In this document: in pieces, positions 19,701 through 29,074 of the stretch
Layout of the letters: each line of letters begins with the position of its first letter
How positions within the stretch are numbered: the first letter of the stretch is position 1
Origin: Bacilli bacterium
GTDB lineage: Bacteria; Bacillota_I; Bacilli_A; ML615J-28; CAG-698
Direction: 5' to 3'
NCBI GenBank assembly: GCA_017962745.1
Contig: JAGCUR010000018.1
Span: 127,088 to 191,087 of the forward strand
Length of the DNA: 64,000 bases
Translations under genes and position numbers: made by a program
Notes under the pieces: generated by a model
Databases searched by the model: none
Told to the model about the DNA's origin: nothing
What the model saw: only the letters and a program-made list of their open reading frames with translations

Positions 19701-20152
19701 AAGAATTTAAAGGTCGTGTCATTACCCCAGGTGAATGGATGGGTAAAGCCATCGTTACTAAAGAAGTCGTTAATATGATGGATACTTTCTACACTAGTGC
19801 TTACAAGAAAAGTAAGCAAGCAGTAGGAGGAGATCCTAAAAATAGCGATTTATATGGTAAAGTATTAACTGGTAATGCTTTATGCTTACCACACTCAAAA
19901 GCATCAGCAATCACTGGCTTAGTAATTCAAACGATATGTGAGATGAAAATATCACCAGCCGCCTATCTATTTAGTAATTCAATTGATGAAGTAGCTGCTA
20001 GCGGCATCATCTTAGCTAAGATTTGGGAAGATAGCGAAGTAATTTGTATTGATAACTTAGGATCTGACTTCTTAGATGCCATTAAAACTGATGATGAAAT
20101 AAAAATTGAGTATGATGGAACCGTAAAAATAATTGATAAAGATGATAAATAA
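19697..20152 (+). CDS. Aconitase X swivel-domain subunit (DUF126/AcnX small subunit)
   Basis: 151 aa, GxxLxGNALCLPHSKAS-type swivel domain. 4-bp overlap with the large subunit (ATGA coupling). Confidence 0.6.
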   Translation: MKEFKGRVITPGEWMGKAIVTKEVVNMMDTFYTSAYKKSKQAVGGDPKNSDLYGKVLTGNALCLPHSKASAITGLVIQTICEMKISPAAYLFSNSIDEVAASGIILAKIWEDSEVICIDNLGSDFLDAIKTDDEIKIEYDGTVKIIDKDDK

Positions 20153-20182
20153 AATGCTTTTCTTGCGAAAAGCATTTTTTTA
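20153..20182 (+). terminator. Rho-independent terminator after the AcnX pair
   Basis: atgcttttc-ttgc-gaaaagcat hairpin followed by T7. Confidence 0.65.
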
Positions 20183-20239
20183 ATGAAAAGAAAAATGTTT
20201 AATCTTTAAAAACGATTTGTTTTGTGCTAATATGGATAT

Positions 20240-22300
20240 ATGAAATATTATGAATTTGAGACAACTGAATATCCAATTAGTTATTATCTAGCCAAAGAAG
20301 AATACTTGCTTACTAAAAATGAGGAAGCATTTTTTATTTGGAACAATAAACCCGGTATCGTTATTGGTAAAAACCAAGTTTTAGATGATGAAGTAAATGT
20401 AGCGAAAGCTAAAGAAGATAATATCCCAATTTACAGACGTAAGAGTGGAGGCGGAGCTGTATATGCGGATAGCGGCTGCTTTATGTTTACTTTTATTGTT
20501 AAGAAAGATGTAATTTCAAACATTTATGCATCTTGCTTACGCAAGATTTATAAAGTTTTAAAACTAGCTGGTGTTAAATGCGAAATTGGGGAAAGAAATG
20601 ATATTTTAGTCGATGGCGCAAAAATATCAGGTAATGCCATTTACCTAAAGAGTAATTATGCGATCATGCACGGTAGCATTTTGTATGATTCTAAGCTTGA
20701 TGATATGGCTAAATATCTTACTCCTTCTAAAGAAAAACTAGCTAAAAATAAAGTAGCTAGTGTTAAAAGTAGGGTAACTAACTTAAAAGGTAAAACTGAT
20801 TATACTAAACTAGGCTTAATGAATTTCTTCCAAAAGTCAATTGGTACAACCAAAGGAAGACTATTTGATAGTGAAGAAAAAGTAATTGAAAGATTAGCGC
20901 AAAAATATGAAGAAGAAGCATGGCTAAGAGGTAAAAGAATTGAAACTAATTATAAAGTTAGTAAACGATTCCCTTGCGGTCAAATTACTTTTAATGCAAA
21001 ACTTGTTAAAAATGTTATTGAAGAAGTAATTATAAATGGTGATTTCTTTGAAAATTATGATATTCGTACCCTTGAACATAATTTCTTAGGGGCAAGAGTA
21101 TTTGAAATCGGCAAAGTTATCGATAAATTAACTATTTCTAAATTTATTTATGGCATAACTAATGATGAGTTTAAATCATTATTTATGGCTGTGGAGGAAA
21201 AGAAGAAAGATATGTTAGAAAAGAGAACATGTTTATATAAAAACCATATTAGACATAACGCTAAGATGGTCGAATTCGGTGGTTTCTTAATGCCACTAGA
21301 ATACACAAGCATTAGCGAAGAACATTTCGCGGTTAGAAATGATGCTGGTGTCTTTGACTGTTCACATATGGGTCAAATTAAAGTGTCAGGTGCTGATACG
21401 ATGGATTTCTTAAACTACATCTTAACATGTGATGTTAAGAGTGCACAAGTTAATCATATGGTATATGGTATGATGCTTTATCAAGATGGGACTGTTGTAG
21501 ATGACTTAATGGTTTATAAATATAAAGAAGATGAGTGCATGTTAGTAGTTAACGCATCTAATACCGATAAAGATTACGCTAATATCAATAAATATGCACC
21601 AAAGTTTAATGTAAAGATTGAAAACTTATCGGATGAATGCGGAGAACTAGCTTTACAAGGTCCAAAGGCTATAAATTATTTCTATAATTTCACAAGATAT
21701 AATCTTGATTCATTAAAGTTCTTCACCTTTGATTATTTTGAAATAGATGGGACTTTCTTCAACGTATCGCGTAGTGGATATACGGGATCTGATGGTTTTG
21801 AAATCTATGGTAAAAATAAAGATATCGTAAAATTATTTGAAGACTTAATAGAAAGCGGAGTTACTCCTTGTGGACTAGGCTGTAGAGATACACTAAGATT
21901 TGAAGCTGCTATGCCTTTATATGGCCATGAAATTAGTGAACAAACTACACCGCTTGAAGCGGGCTTAAATTATGCAGTTAGTTTTGATAAAGGCAATTTT
22001 ATCGGCCGCGAAGTTTTAGTTAAACAAAAAGAAGCAGGCGTCAAGAAAAAACTAGTAGGCCTTGAATTAAAAGAAAGAGGAATTGCTAGAAGCGGTTATA
22101 AACTATTCAAAGATGGTAAAGAAATTGGTTATATTACAACTGGTTATATGATTCCGGGTACCCAAAATTCATATGCTTTAGGTTATGTTACTAGAAAGAA
22201 TGCGAAGATTGGGACTGAAGTTGAAGTGCAAATTAGAAATAGATTAGTTAAAATGGAAGTAAGAGATAAGAAATTCTTGAAGAAAGAATACGTTAAGTAA
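20240..22300 (+). CDS. gcvT: In-frame fusion of lipoate-protein ligase (LplA) and glycine-cleavage aminomethyltransferase (GcvT)
   Basis: Residues 1-320 are LplA-like (RRKSGGGAVYADSGC, GNAIY...HGS). Residues 330-686 are GcvT (KRTCLYKNH..KMVEFGGFLMPLEY, GYTGSDGFEI). A single ORF with no stop between the two parts. Confidence 0.75.
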   Translation: MKYYEFETTEYPISYYLAKEEYLLTKNEEAFFIWNNKPGIVIGKNQVLDDEVNVAKAKEDNIPIYRRKSGGGAVYADSGCFMFTFIVKKDVISNIYASCLRKIYKVLKLAGVKCEIGERNDILVDGAKISGNAIYLKSNYAIMHGSILYDSKLDDMAKYLTPSKEKLAKNKVASVKSRVTNLKGKTDYTKLGLMNFFQKSIGTTKGRLFDSEEKVIERLAQKYEEEAWLRGKRIETNYKVSKRFPCGQITFNAKLVKNVIEEVIINGDFFENYDIRTLEHNFLGARVFEIGKVIDKLTISKFIYGITNDEFKSLFMAVEEKKKDMLEKRTCLYKNHIRHNAKMVEFGGFLMPLEYTSISEEHFAVRNDAGVFDCSHMGQIKVSGADTMDFLNYILTCDVKSAQVNHMVYGMMLYQDGTVVDDLMVYKYKEDECMLVVNASNTDKDYANINKYAPKFNVKIENLSDECGELALQGPKAINYFYNFTRYNLDSLKFFTFDYFEIDGTFFNVSRSGYTGSDGFEIYGKNKDIVKLFEDLIESGVTPCGLGCRDTLRFEAAMPLYGHEISEQTTPLEAGLNYAVSFDKGNFIGREVLVKQKEAGVKKKLVGLELKERGIARSGYKLFKDGKEIGYITTGYMIPGTQNSYALGYVTRKNAKIGTEVEVQIRNRLVKMEVRDKKFLKKEYVK

Positions 22301-22310
22301 GGAGAAAGTT

Positions 22311-22688
22311 ATGTATAAAGTATTAGAAAACTTAAAATATTCAAAGACTCATGAATGGGTAAGCGTTGATGGCGATGTTGCCACAATCGGTATTACTGAT
22401 TATGCCCAAGCTAGCCTTGGTACTGTTGTGTATGTAGAAGGGTATGAAATTGGGGAACACGTTGATCAAGGAGCTGAATGTGGAGCGGTTGAAAGCGTAA
22501 AAGCAGCTAGTGATATTATGGCTCCAGTAAGTGGTGATATCATTGATATCAACGATGATGTTATTAACGATCCAGAATTACTTAATAAAGATCCTTATGC
22601 TAATTGGATTTTAAAGATTAGAATGGATAATGAAGCTGAACTTGATAACTTACTCGATTCAGCTAGTTATAAGGATGAACAGAAATAA
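22311..22688 (+). CDS. gcvH: Glycine cleavage system H protein
   Basis: 125 aa with the lipoyl-lysine motif ESVKAASD and a strong RBS. Confidence 0.85.
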   Translation: MYKVLENLKYSKTHEWVSVDGDVATIGITDYAQASLGTVVYVEGYEIGEHVDQGAECGAVESVKAASDIMAPVSGDIIDINDDVINDPELLNKDPYANWILKIRMDNEAELDNLLDSASYKDEQK

Positions 22689-23986
22689 TGTTTAAATATT
22701 TTCCTCATACATTAAATGATGAAAAAGAAATGTTAGCTAAAATTAACTTATCCGAGTTAGATCAACTATTTAGTGATGTACCAGATCAAGTTAAAGTAAA
22801 AGAAGTTAACATTCCTTCATCTTTATCAGAAATTGAATTAAGGAATAAAGCAAACAAACTAGCATCAATTAACAAACAGCTAGTTTGTTTTGCTGGAGCG
22901 GGCAGTTATGATTGTTATACTCCTAGCGTAGTTAATGCTATTACCTCTCGCCAAGAGTTCTTAACATCATATACGCCATATCAAGCAGAAATTAGTCAAG
23001 GCACATTACAATATATCTTTGAATATCAAACAATGATTTGTAATTTAACCGGAATGGATGTTGCTAATGCATCTAATTATGATGGCGCAACTGCTGCTAT
23101 GGAAGCAATGCTTATGGCAGTTAACCAAACTAGAAAAAATACATTCATTTTACCACTTGATGTTAATCCTCGTGTAGCGGATGTTGTTAAGACATTAGCT
23201 AAGATGCATGGAATTAAGATTATTGAATGTAGCGTTAATGAAATCAATAATAATTTAAATGATGATTTAGCAGGCGTATTACTTGCTAATCCAAATTACT
23301 TTGGCGAAATTAATGATTATACTGGTCTAATTAGTAATATTCACGAAAACTCTAAAGCGATAGTAGCAATGTATACTGACCCATCAACATTAGCGATATT
23401 AAAATCACCTGGGGAAATGGGTGCTGATATTGCTTGTGGAGAAGCACAAAGTTTAGGAATTCCACTAAGCTTTGGTGGACCATATTTAGGCTTTATTGCT
23501 TCAACTGCTAAATTAATGCGTAAACTTCCAGGTAGAATCGTTGGTATGACGAAAGATACGGAAGGTAAAAGAGGCTATGTATTAACATTACAAGCTCGTG
23601 AACAACATATTAGAAGAGAAAAAGCAAATTCTAATATTTGCTCTAACCAATCATTAATGGCTTTACACGCTTTAGTGTATGTTGCCTTAATGGGTGGAGA
23701 TGGGCTAAAAGATGTGGCTAAAAGAGCATACAATAATGCTCACTATTTAGCTGAAACTTTAGCTAAATCAAGTAAAGTAAAAGTAAGCGATAAACCATTC
23801 TTTAAGGAATTTGTTGTTGAGACAAAATTTAATAGTGATGAATTCTTAAAATATATGGAAGATAATGGCATCCTTGCTGGTGTGAAAATCGATAATAATC
23901 ATTTACTAGTTTGTGCTAGCGAAGTTAGAACAAAAGACGAAATTGATTGTTATGTTAAGTTAGTGGAGGCATATGATGTACGATAA
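22688..23986 (+). CDS. gcvPA: Glycine dehydrogenase (decarboxylating) subunit 1
   Basis: 432 aa P-protein N-terminal half. TAATG overlap with gcvH. Confidence 0.85.
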   Translation: MFKYFPHTLNDEKEMLAKINLSELDQLFSDVPDQVKVKEVNIPSSLSEIELRNKANKLASINKQLVCFAGAGSYDCYTPSVVNAITSRQEFLTSYTPYQAEISQGTLQYIFEYQTMICNLTGMDVANASNYDGATAAMEAMLMAVNQTRKNTFILPLDVNPRVADVVKTLAKMHGIKIIECSVNEINNNLNDDLAGVLLANPNYFGEINDYTGLISNIHENSKAIVAMYTDPSTLAILKSPGEMGADIACGEAQSLGIPLSFGGPYLGFIASTAKLMRKLPGRIVGMTKDTEGKRGYVLTLQAREQHIRREKANSNICSNQSLMALHALVYVALMGGDGLKDVAKRAYNNAHYLAETLAKSSKVKVSDKPFFKEFVVETKFNSDEFLKYMEDNGILAGVKIDNNHLLVCASEVRTKDEIDCYVKLVEAYDVR

Positions 23987-25421
23987 ACTAATTTACGAAT
24001 TATCTAAACCAGCTAGAATTGCTTATTCTTTACCAAAAAGTGAAGTTAAAGAATATAAAATTGATAAAGATTTGACTAGATCAACTAGTTTAGATCTAGC
24101 AAGTGTAAGTGAACTTGATGTAGTTAGACACTACACTAAGTTATCGCTTAAGAATTTTGGTGTTGATCAAGGATTTTATCCACTTGGCTCATGCACAATG
24201 AAATATAATCCAAAGATTAATGAAGAAATTGCTAACCTTCCTAACTTTAAAAATATTCATCCACTTCAAAGTGAAGATAGTTCCCAAGGTTTAATGCAAA
24301 TATATTATGAAACATCAAAGATGTTAGCCGAAATTACAGGTATGGCTGAATTCTCATTTAATCCATTTGCTGGGGCACATGGCGAGTTAACTGGATTGAT
24401 GATTATGAAGCAATATCACTTAAATAGAGGTGACACTAAACGTACTAAAGTAATCGTACCTGATTCAGCTCATGGCACAAACCCAGCTAGTAGTGCTTTA
24501 TGTGGATTCGAAGTAGTACAAGTAGCATCTAAAGCAAATGGTACGGTTGATATTGAAGCACTTAAACCATTGCTTGATGATACAGTAGCTGGTATTATGA
24601 TGACTAATCCTAATACCGTAGGTATTTTTGAATCAGAAATCTTAGAAATTGCTAAGCTAATGCGTGAAAATGGCAGCTTACTTTATTATGATGGCGCTAA
24701 CCTAAATGCTATTTTAGGCGTAGCAAAACCAGCATTAATGGGCTTTGATATTATGCATATCAATCTTCATAAGACTTTCTCAACTCCTCATGGTGGCGGT
24801 GGTCCAGGAAGTGGGGCGGTTGGCGTAAAAGCTAGCTTAGTAGATTTACTACCTAATCCAAGAATTAAATTAGAAAATGGTAAATATCATTTTGTAAGTA
24901 CGAGCCCACTAAGAGTATCAGGATTTTATGGAAATGCCAATGTAGTTATTAAAGCATGGTGCTATATTTTATCTTTAGGTAAAGAAAATATAGCAAGTGT
25001 TGCTAAATACGCTGTTTTAAATGCTAACTACATTAAAGAAAGTCTAAAAGATTATTATAAATTACCAATTGCTAATATTTGTAAGCATGAAGTAGTATTT
25101 GATGGCCTAATTAGTGAAAAAGCAACTACCCTAGATGTTGCTAAGAGACTGCTTGATTATGGATATCATCCACCAACAATCTATTTCCCACTATTATTCC
25201 ATCAAGCATTGATGATTGAACCAACGGAAAATGAATCTAAAGAAACTTTAGATGAATTTATTGAGTGCTTAATTAAGATTGCTAAGGAAGCAGAAGAGAA
25301 TCCAGAGATCTTACACAACGCTCCACATACTACAATAGTTAAAAGACTCGATGATGTTCTTGCCGCAAGGCGCCCAATTCTAACTTACAAAGATTATTTA
25401 CAAAATAAAGATACATTTTAG
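23973..25421 (+). CDS. gcvPB: Glycine dehydrogenase (decarboxylating) subunit 2
   Basis: 482 aa with a PLP-lysine region (HINLHKTFSTPHGGGGPG). Overlaps gcvPA. Confidence 0.85.
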   Translation: MMYDKLIYELSKPARIAYSLPKSEVKEYKIDKDLTRSTSLDLASVSELDVVRHYTKLSLKNFGVDQGFYPLGSCTMKYNPKINEEIANLPNFKNIHPLQSEDSSQGLMQIYYETSKMLAEITGMAEFSFNPFAGAHGELTGLMIMKQYHLNRGDTKRTKVIVPDSAHGTNPASSALCGFEVVQVASKANGTVDIEALKPLLDDTVAGIMMTNPNTVGIFESEILEIAKLMRENGSLLYYDGANLNAILGVAKPALMGFDIMHINLHKTFSTPHGGGGPGSGAVGVKASLVDLLPNPRIKLENGKYHFVSTSPLRVSGFYGNANVVIKAWCYILSLGKENIASVAKYAVLNANYIKESLKDYYKLPIANICKHEVVFDGLISEKATTLDVAKRLLDYGYHPPTIYFPLLFHQALMIEPTENESKETLDEFIECLIKIAKEAEENPEILHNAPHTTIVKRLDDVLAARRPILTYKDYLQNKDTF

Positions 25422-25429
25422 GATATTTT

Positions 25430-26761
25430 ATGGAAAAACTATTTAAAGATTTAGTAATAATTGGTGCTGGTCCTGGCGGATACGAACTTGCTAGTATGGC
25501 AAGTAGTGCTGGACTTGATGTAGCCCTATTTGAAAAAAGCGAATTAGGGGGAACATGCCTAAACTGCGGCTGTATCCCAACTAAAACATATTTTCAATAT
25601 GCAAAAGTTAGGGAACAAGCAAATAAACTATATGCTAAAGAATTAGATTTTGAATTTATTGATTTATTTAATTCTAAAAATGATACCGTTAATGTCTTAA
25701 AGCAAGGAATTAAAGCTTCTTTAGCTAAAGTTCAAATAATTAGCGAAGAAGCAAAAATAGTTAAAACTGATGATAAAGTATTAGTTAGTAGTGAAAACTA
25801 TTTGATTGATGCCAAAAATATAGTTATCGCAACAGGATCAACTGATGCATCAATTAAAGCTAAAGGCATTAAGTATGCGGTTAATTCTAAGCAGTTATTA
25901 GAATTAGACCACTTGCCAACTTCAATTAACATCATTGGTGGTGGCGTAATTGGTATGGAAGTAGCATCAATTTACAATGCTTTAGGCGTTAAAGTTAATG
26001 TCTTTGAATATGCACCAATGATCTTGCCACGATTTGATAAAGAAGTATCTAGAAGACTTACTAATATCTTAAAAGCTAAAGGCATTAATATTTATAATAA
26101 TGCAGGCGTCACAGAAATTAAGAAAGTTAAAGGTGGATATAAAGTAATTGCTAGCGTTAAAGATAAGATTATTGAAGAAGAAGCTGAGATTGTTTTATGC
26201 GCTACTGGAAGAATTGCTAATACATCTAACCTTGGTTTAAGGGAAGCCGGCATTAGATTTGATAAAAAAGGTATCAAAGTAAATAAGAATTTGCAAACTA
26301 AAAATGTTAATGTTTATGCAATCGGGGATTGCATCGGTGGCATTATGCTAGCTCATAAAGCAAGTTTTGATGCAAAAGTTGTATTAAATCAAATACTTGG
26401 TAATAAATATAAAGTTAATTATGACTTAATACCTGCTTGTTGCTTTACATTACCTGAAGTCTCTAGTATTGGCCTAACTGAAGATGAGGCAAAAGAAAAA
26501 TATGGTGAAATTAAAGTAGTAAAAGAGTTATATAGAGCTAATGGTAAAGCCCAAGCTATTAAAGAAACTGATGGCTTTGTAAAACTAATTATTAAAAATG
26601 ATTTAATAATTGGTGCTAGTATCATTGGGGAAGAAGCTAACCTTTTAATTCATGAAGTGGTAGCGCTAATGAATGCTAAAGTTAAAGCAAGTGAAGCTAA
26701 AAAGTATATTCATGCGCATCCTACTTTATCAGAAATCATTCAAGGCTGCCTACAAAAATAA
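25430..26761 (+). CDS. lpdA: Dihydrolipoyl dehydrogenase (L-protein of glycine cleavage)
   Basis: GAGPGG FAD motif, GGTCLNCGCIPTK redox-active disulfide and a C-terminal HAHPTLSE dimerisation motif. Confidence 0.8.
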   Translation: MEKLFKDLVIIGAGPGGYELASMASSAGLDVALFEKSELGGTCLNCGCIPTKTYFQYAKVREQANKLYAKELDFEFIDLFNSKNDTVNVLKQGIKASLAKVQIISEEAKIVKTDDKVLVSSENYLIDAKNIVIATGSTDASIKAKGIKYAVNSKQLLELDHLPTSINIIGGGVIGMEVASIYNALGVKVNVFEYAPMILPRFDKEVSRRLTNILKAKGINIYNNAGVTEIKKVKGGYKVIASVKDKIIEEEAEIVLCATGRIANTSNLGLREAGIRFDKKGIKVNKNLQTKNVNVYAIGDCIGGIMLAHKASFDAKVVLNQILGNKYKVNYDLIPACCFTLPEVSSIGLTEDEAKEKYGEIKVVKELYRANGKAQAIKETDGFVKLIIKNDLIIGASIIGEEANLLIHEVVALMNAKVKASEAKKYIHAHPTLSEIIQGCLQK

Positions 26762-26775
26762 TATTTTTAATAATT

Positions 26776-28425
26776 ATTTAGACTACGTATGAACAGAGGC
26801 GCTATCAAATAACTGGGGGTTTTGATAAATAACCCTATAAAATAAGTGGGGGTCAAAAACACCTATAAAATTGATGGGGGTCGAAATAAGCCCGTTTCCA
26901 AATTAGGAAACGGGCTTTTTGTCAACCATTATAACTCATTTATGATAATTTCTAATTGGTGTATCCTTGTTTACAGCAAACATACACCTATTTCTAAATC
27001 TATCAAAGTTTTTATATCCATTGGCTGATTTAAGTATTATTTTAAGACGAGAATTGCAGCTTTCTATTTTTCCATTGGACAATCTTTTGCCTTTAACAAA
27101 CACGAATGAATTTTTGATTTCGTATTTCCATCTAATAATCATTTTTGTGAATTCATAGAATTCTGGTATACCTGAATTTGAGAATTTATATATTAAATCC
27201 TCAAAATCTTCCTCAAAATTATTGATATCGCAGTAATAATTAAACTCGCGATAATCTTCGGCTAAATTATATGCTTTTGTTAACTCTCCATCTATGGCTT
27301 TCAAGTATCCCAAAATTGTAAGTTTGTCCCATTTTGTTCTAATCTTATTAACGTTCCAAAGTTTATCTTCGAGTTTTGCATATGGTGTTTTAAAAAAGAA
27401 GTGAAACTTTTTAAGCATATAATAATACATATCAGCATTTTCTAATTTCGAATGACCCTTATCAAACTTTTTCATTGTTCTCAGTCTTACCATATCGACA
27501 GCTATGTTAAGGTGTTGTAAAACGTGAAATGAATCAACAGCAACTAATGCGTTTGGAAAAAGATCATTAGCAACTCTTTTATAAGAGTCCCACATATCCA
27601 TAACGATGTACTTAACGTTTTTTCGCTCATTTAAAGGTATTCTATATAAATTTTGAAGTAATGATAAATAATGCCTAGTTGGATAGATGTCAATAATATT
27701 ACCATTAAAGAAGTTAAGAAGAACACAGATATATTTATCCGGTTTCATATTCTTAGTATATATTTCATCCATGCATATTACTTCAGAAAGGGGCAATCTT
27801 TTACAGCTAACGTACTTATCGAATATATTAATGACAGATTGCGATGTAATTGAAAATAGTTTCGCAACACTAATGAAAGTAGCAGTATGGCTTCTAAGTT
27901 TTTCTAGTACTAGTAGATCGGTTTGCAAAGATACTTTTTCATCTTTTTGGCAAAACGGATTATTTTCATAGAAAATAGAGCCACACATCTTACATTTAAA
28001 TCTTCGAGATTTATATTTTAAAATACAAGGTTTATCTATTAATAAAGAATGCTTAATAGATTTAATTCTATAATCGTGTATGCAACAATCAGTACATCCA
28101 CATTTTGGGCAAGTAGCAATATTGTTCTTTAATACGACATAATAAATAATGGTATTGTTTTCCTTAATGAGCGTAGATTTATCTAAATCTATATTATAAG
28201 TTTCTAAATTTAGCAATTTTATGATATCATAATTCATGAAGACCTCCTTTTTTTTAATTGGTTGACACTCAATTATATCAAAAAAAGGTCTTCCTTTTTT
28301 TTACAAAAAAAGAGGCTATCAAGAGATGGGGGTCACCCCCAAGAAATTGATAGCCTATGCTTGACCCCCAAGAAATTTATATAACCTGAACAGTTAAGTG
28401 CTCGTTTATACGTAGTTTTTATTTG
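26776..28425 (-). mobile_element. ISL3-family insertion sequence. Ends are approximate: inner inverted repeats GGC(G)CTATCAA...TGGGGGT and outer ACTACGTAT are both seen.
   Basis: Single 433-aa ISL3 transposase ORF flanked by inverted sequence. Left end gaggcgctatcaaataactgggggtt (26794-26819); right end tgacccccaagaaattgatagcc (28337-28360) read on the other strand. Further outer ACTACGTAT/ATACGTAGT inverted pair at 26783-26791 and 28404-28412. Confidence 0.5.
26936..28237 (-). CDS. ISL3-family transposase
   Basis: N-terminal zf-ISL3 (CPKCGCTDCC...CKMCG) followed by the DDE region typical of IS204/IS1001/IS1165-type transposases, about 430 aa. Confidence 0.8.
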   Translation of the reverse strand: MNYDIIKLLNLETYNIDLDKSTLIKENNTIIYYVVLKNNIATCPKCGCTDCCIHDYRIKSIKHSLLIDKPCILKYKSRRFKCKMCGSIFYENNPFCQKDEKVSLQTDLLVLEKLRSHTATFISVAKLFSITSQSVINIFDKYVSCKRLPLSEVICMDEIYTKNMKPDKYICVLLNFFNGNIIDIYPTRHYLSLLQNLYRIPLNERKNVKYIVMDMWDSYKRVANDLFPNALVAVDSFHVLQHLNIAVDMVRLRTMKKFDKGHSKLENADMYYYMLKKFHFFFKTPYAKLEDKLWNVNKIRTKWDKLTILGYLKAIDGELTKAYNLAEDYREFNYYCDINNFEEDFEDLIYKFSNSGIPEFYEFTKMIIRWKYEIKNSFVFVKGKRLSNGKIESCNSRLKIILKSANGYKNFDRFRNRCMFAVNKDTPIRNYHK

Positions 28426-28510
28426 AATATAACTTATCCAATTGTAAAAAAATTACTTGCAAATTATGTGCAAACGAAGTAAAATTAAATTGTAAGAGGA
28501 GGATACAATT

Positions 28511-28786
28511 ATGGCAAATGTAAATGTAACCATTAGAATGGATGAAAATTTAAGGAAAGAAGCAGCTTTATTGTTTGATGATTTAGGAATTGGTCTTAAT
28601 CAAGCAATGACTCTTTTTGTTAAGCAGGCTGTAAGGGAGCAAAGAATCCCATTTGAAATTACGCGAAATATTCCAAATAAAGAGACATTAGATGCATTTA
28701 AAGAAATAGAATTAATGAAAGCTGGAAAGATTCCTTTTAAGGCATACGATAATGTAGATGAATTGTTCGAGGATGCCTTGAAATGA
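28511..28786 (+). CDS. dinJ: RelB/DinJ-family antitoxin (ribbon-helix-helix)
   Basis: 91 aa, MANVNVTIRMDENLRKEAALLFDDLGIGLNQAMTLFVKQ typical of DinJ. Promoter with TTGCAA/TAAAAT upstream. Confidence 0.75.
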   Translation: MANVNVTIRMDENLRKEAALLFDDLGIGLNQAMTLFVKQAVREQRIPFEITRNIPNKETLDAFKEIELMKAGKIPFKAYDNVDELFEDALK

Positions 28787-29058
28787 AATATAAAGTAGTA
28801 ATGTCTTCTAGGTTTTCAAAGGACCTAAAAATAATTGCTAGACGTGGATATGACTTGAATAAAATAAAGTACGTGATTAGTGAACTAGCAAATGGCAATA
28901 CACTTGATCCAAAATATAAAGATCACCAATTACAAGGAGATTATACTGGAAAAAGAGAGTGCCATATTTTACCTGACTGGTTATTGATATATGAAATAAG
29001 AGATAATGAGTTGTTGCTTTATTTAGCAAGAACCGGCTCTCATTCAGATTTGTTCTAA
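28783..29058 (+). CDS. yafQ: YafQ/RelE-family mRNA interferase toxin
   Basis: 91 aa, 4-bp overlap with the antitoxin. Conserved HxLxGxxxGxRExHI motif (DHQLQGDYTGKRECHI). Confidence 0.75.
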   Translation: MKYKVVMSSRFSKDLKIIARRGYDLNKIKYVISELANGNTLDPKYKDHQLQGDYTGKRECHILPDWLLIYEIRDNELLLYLARTGSHSDLF

Positions 29059-29074
29059 TAGCGAAGGTAATAAT

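Noticed and set aside
20153-20240. Possible glycine riboswitch upstream of the gcv operon
   Set aside because: Only about 60 bp separate the upstream terminator from the start codon. This is too short for a glycine aptamer, and no GGAGAG/CACCG-type conserved cores are seen.
26846-27971. Plus-strand ORFs 26846-27028, 26967-27158, 27671-27853 and 27687-27971 inside the IS
   Set aside because: They overlap the 433-aa ISL3 transposase on the opposite strand with no similarity to anything recognisable. They are most likely frame noise.
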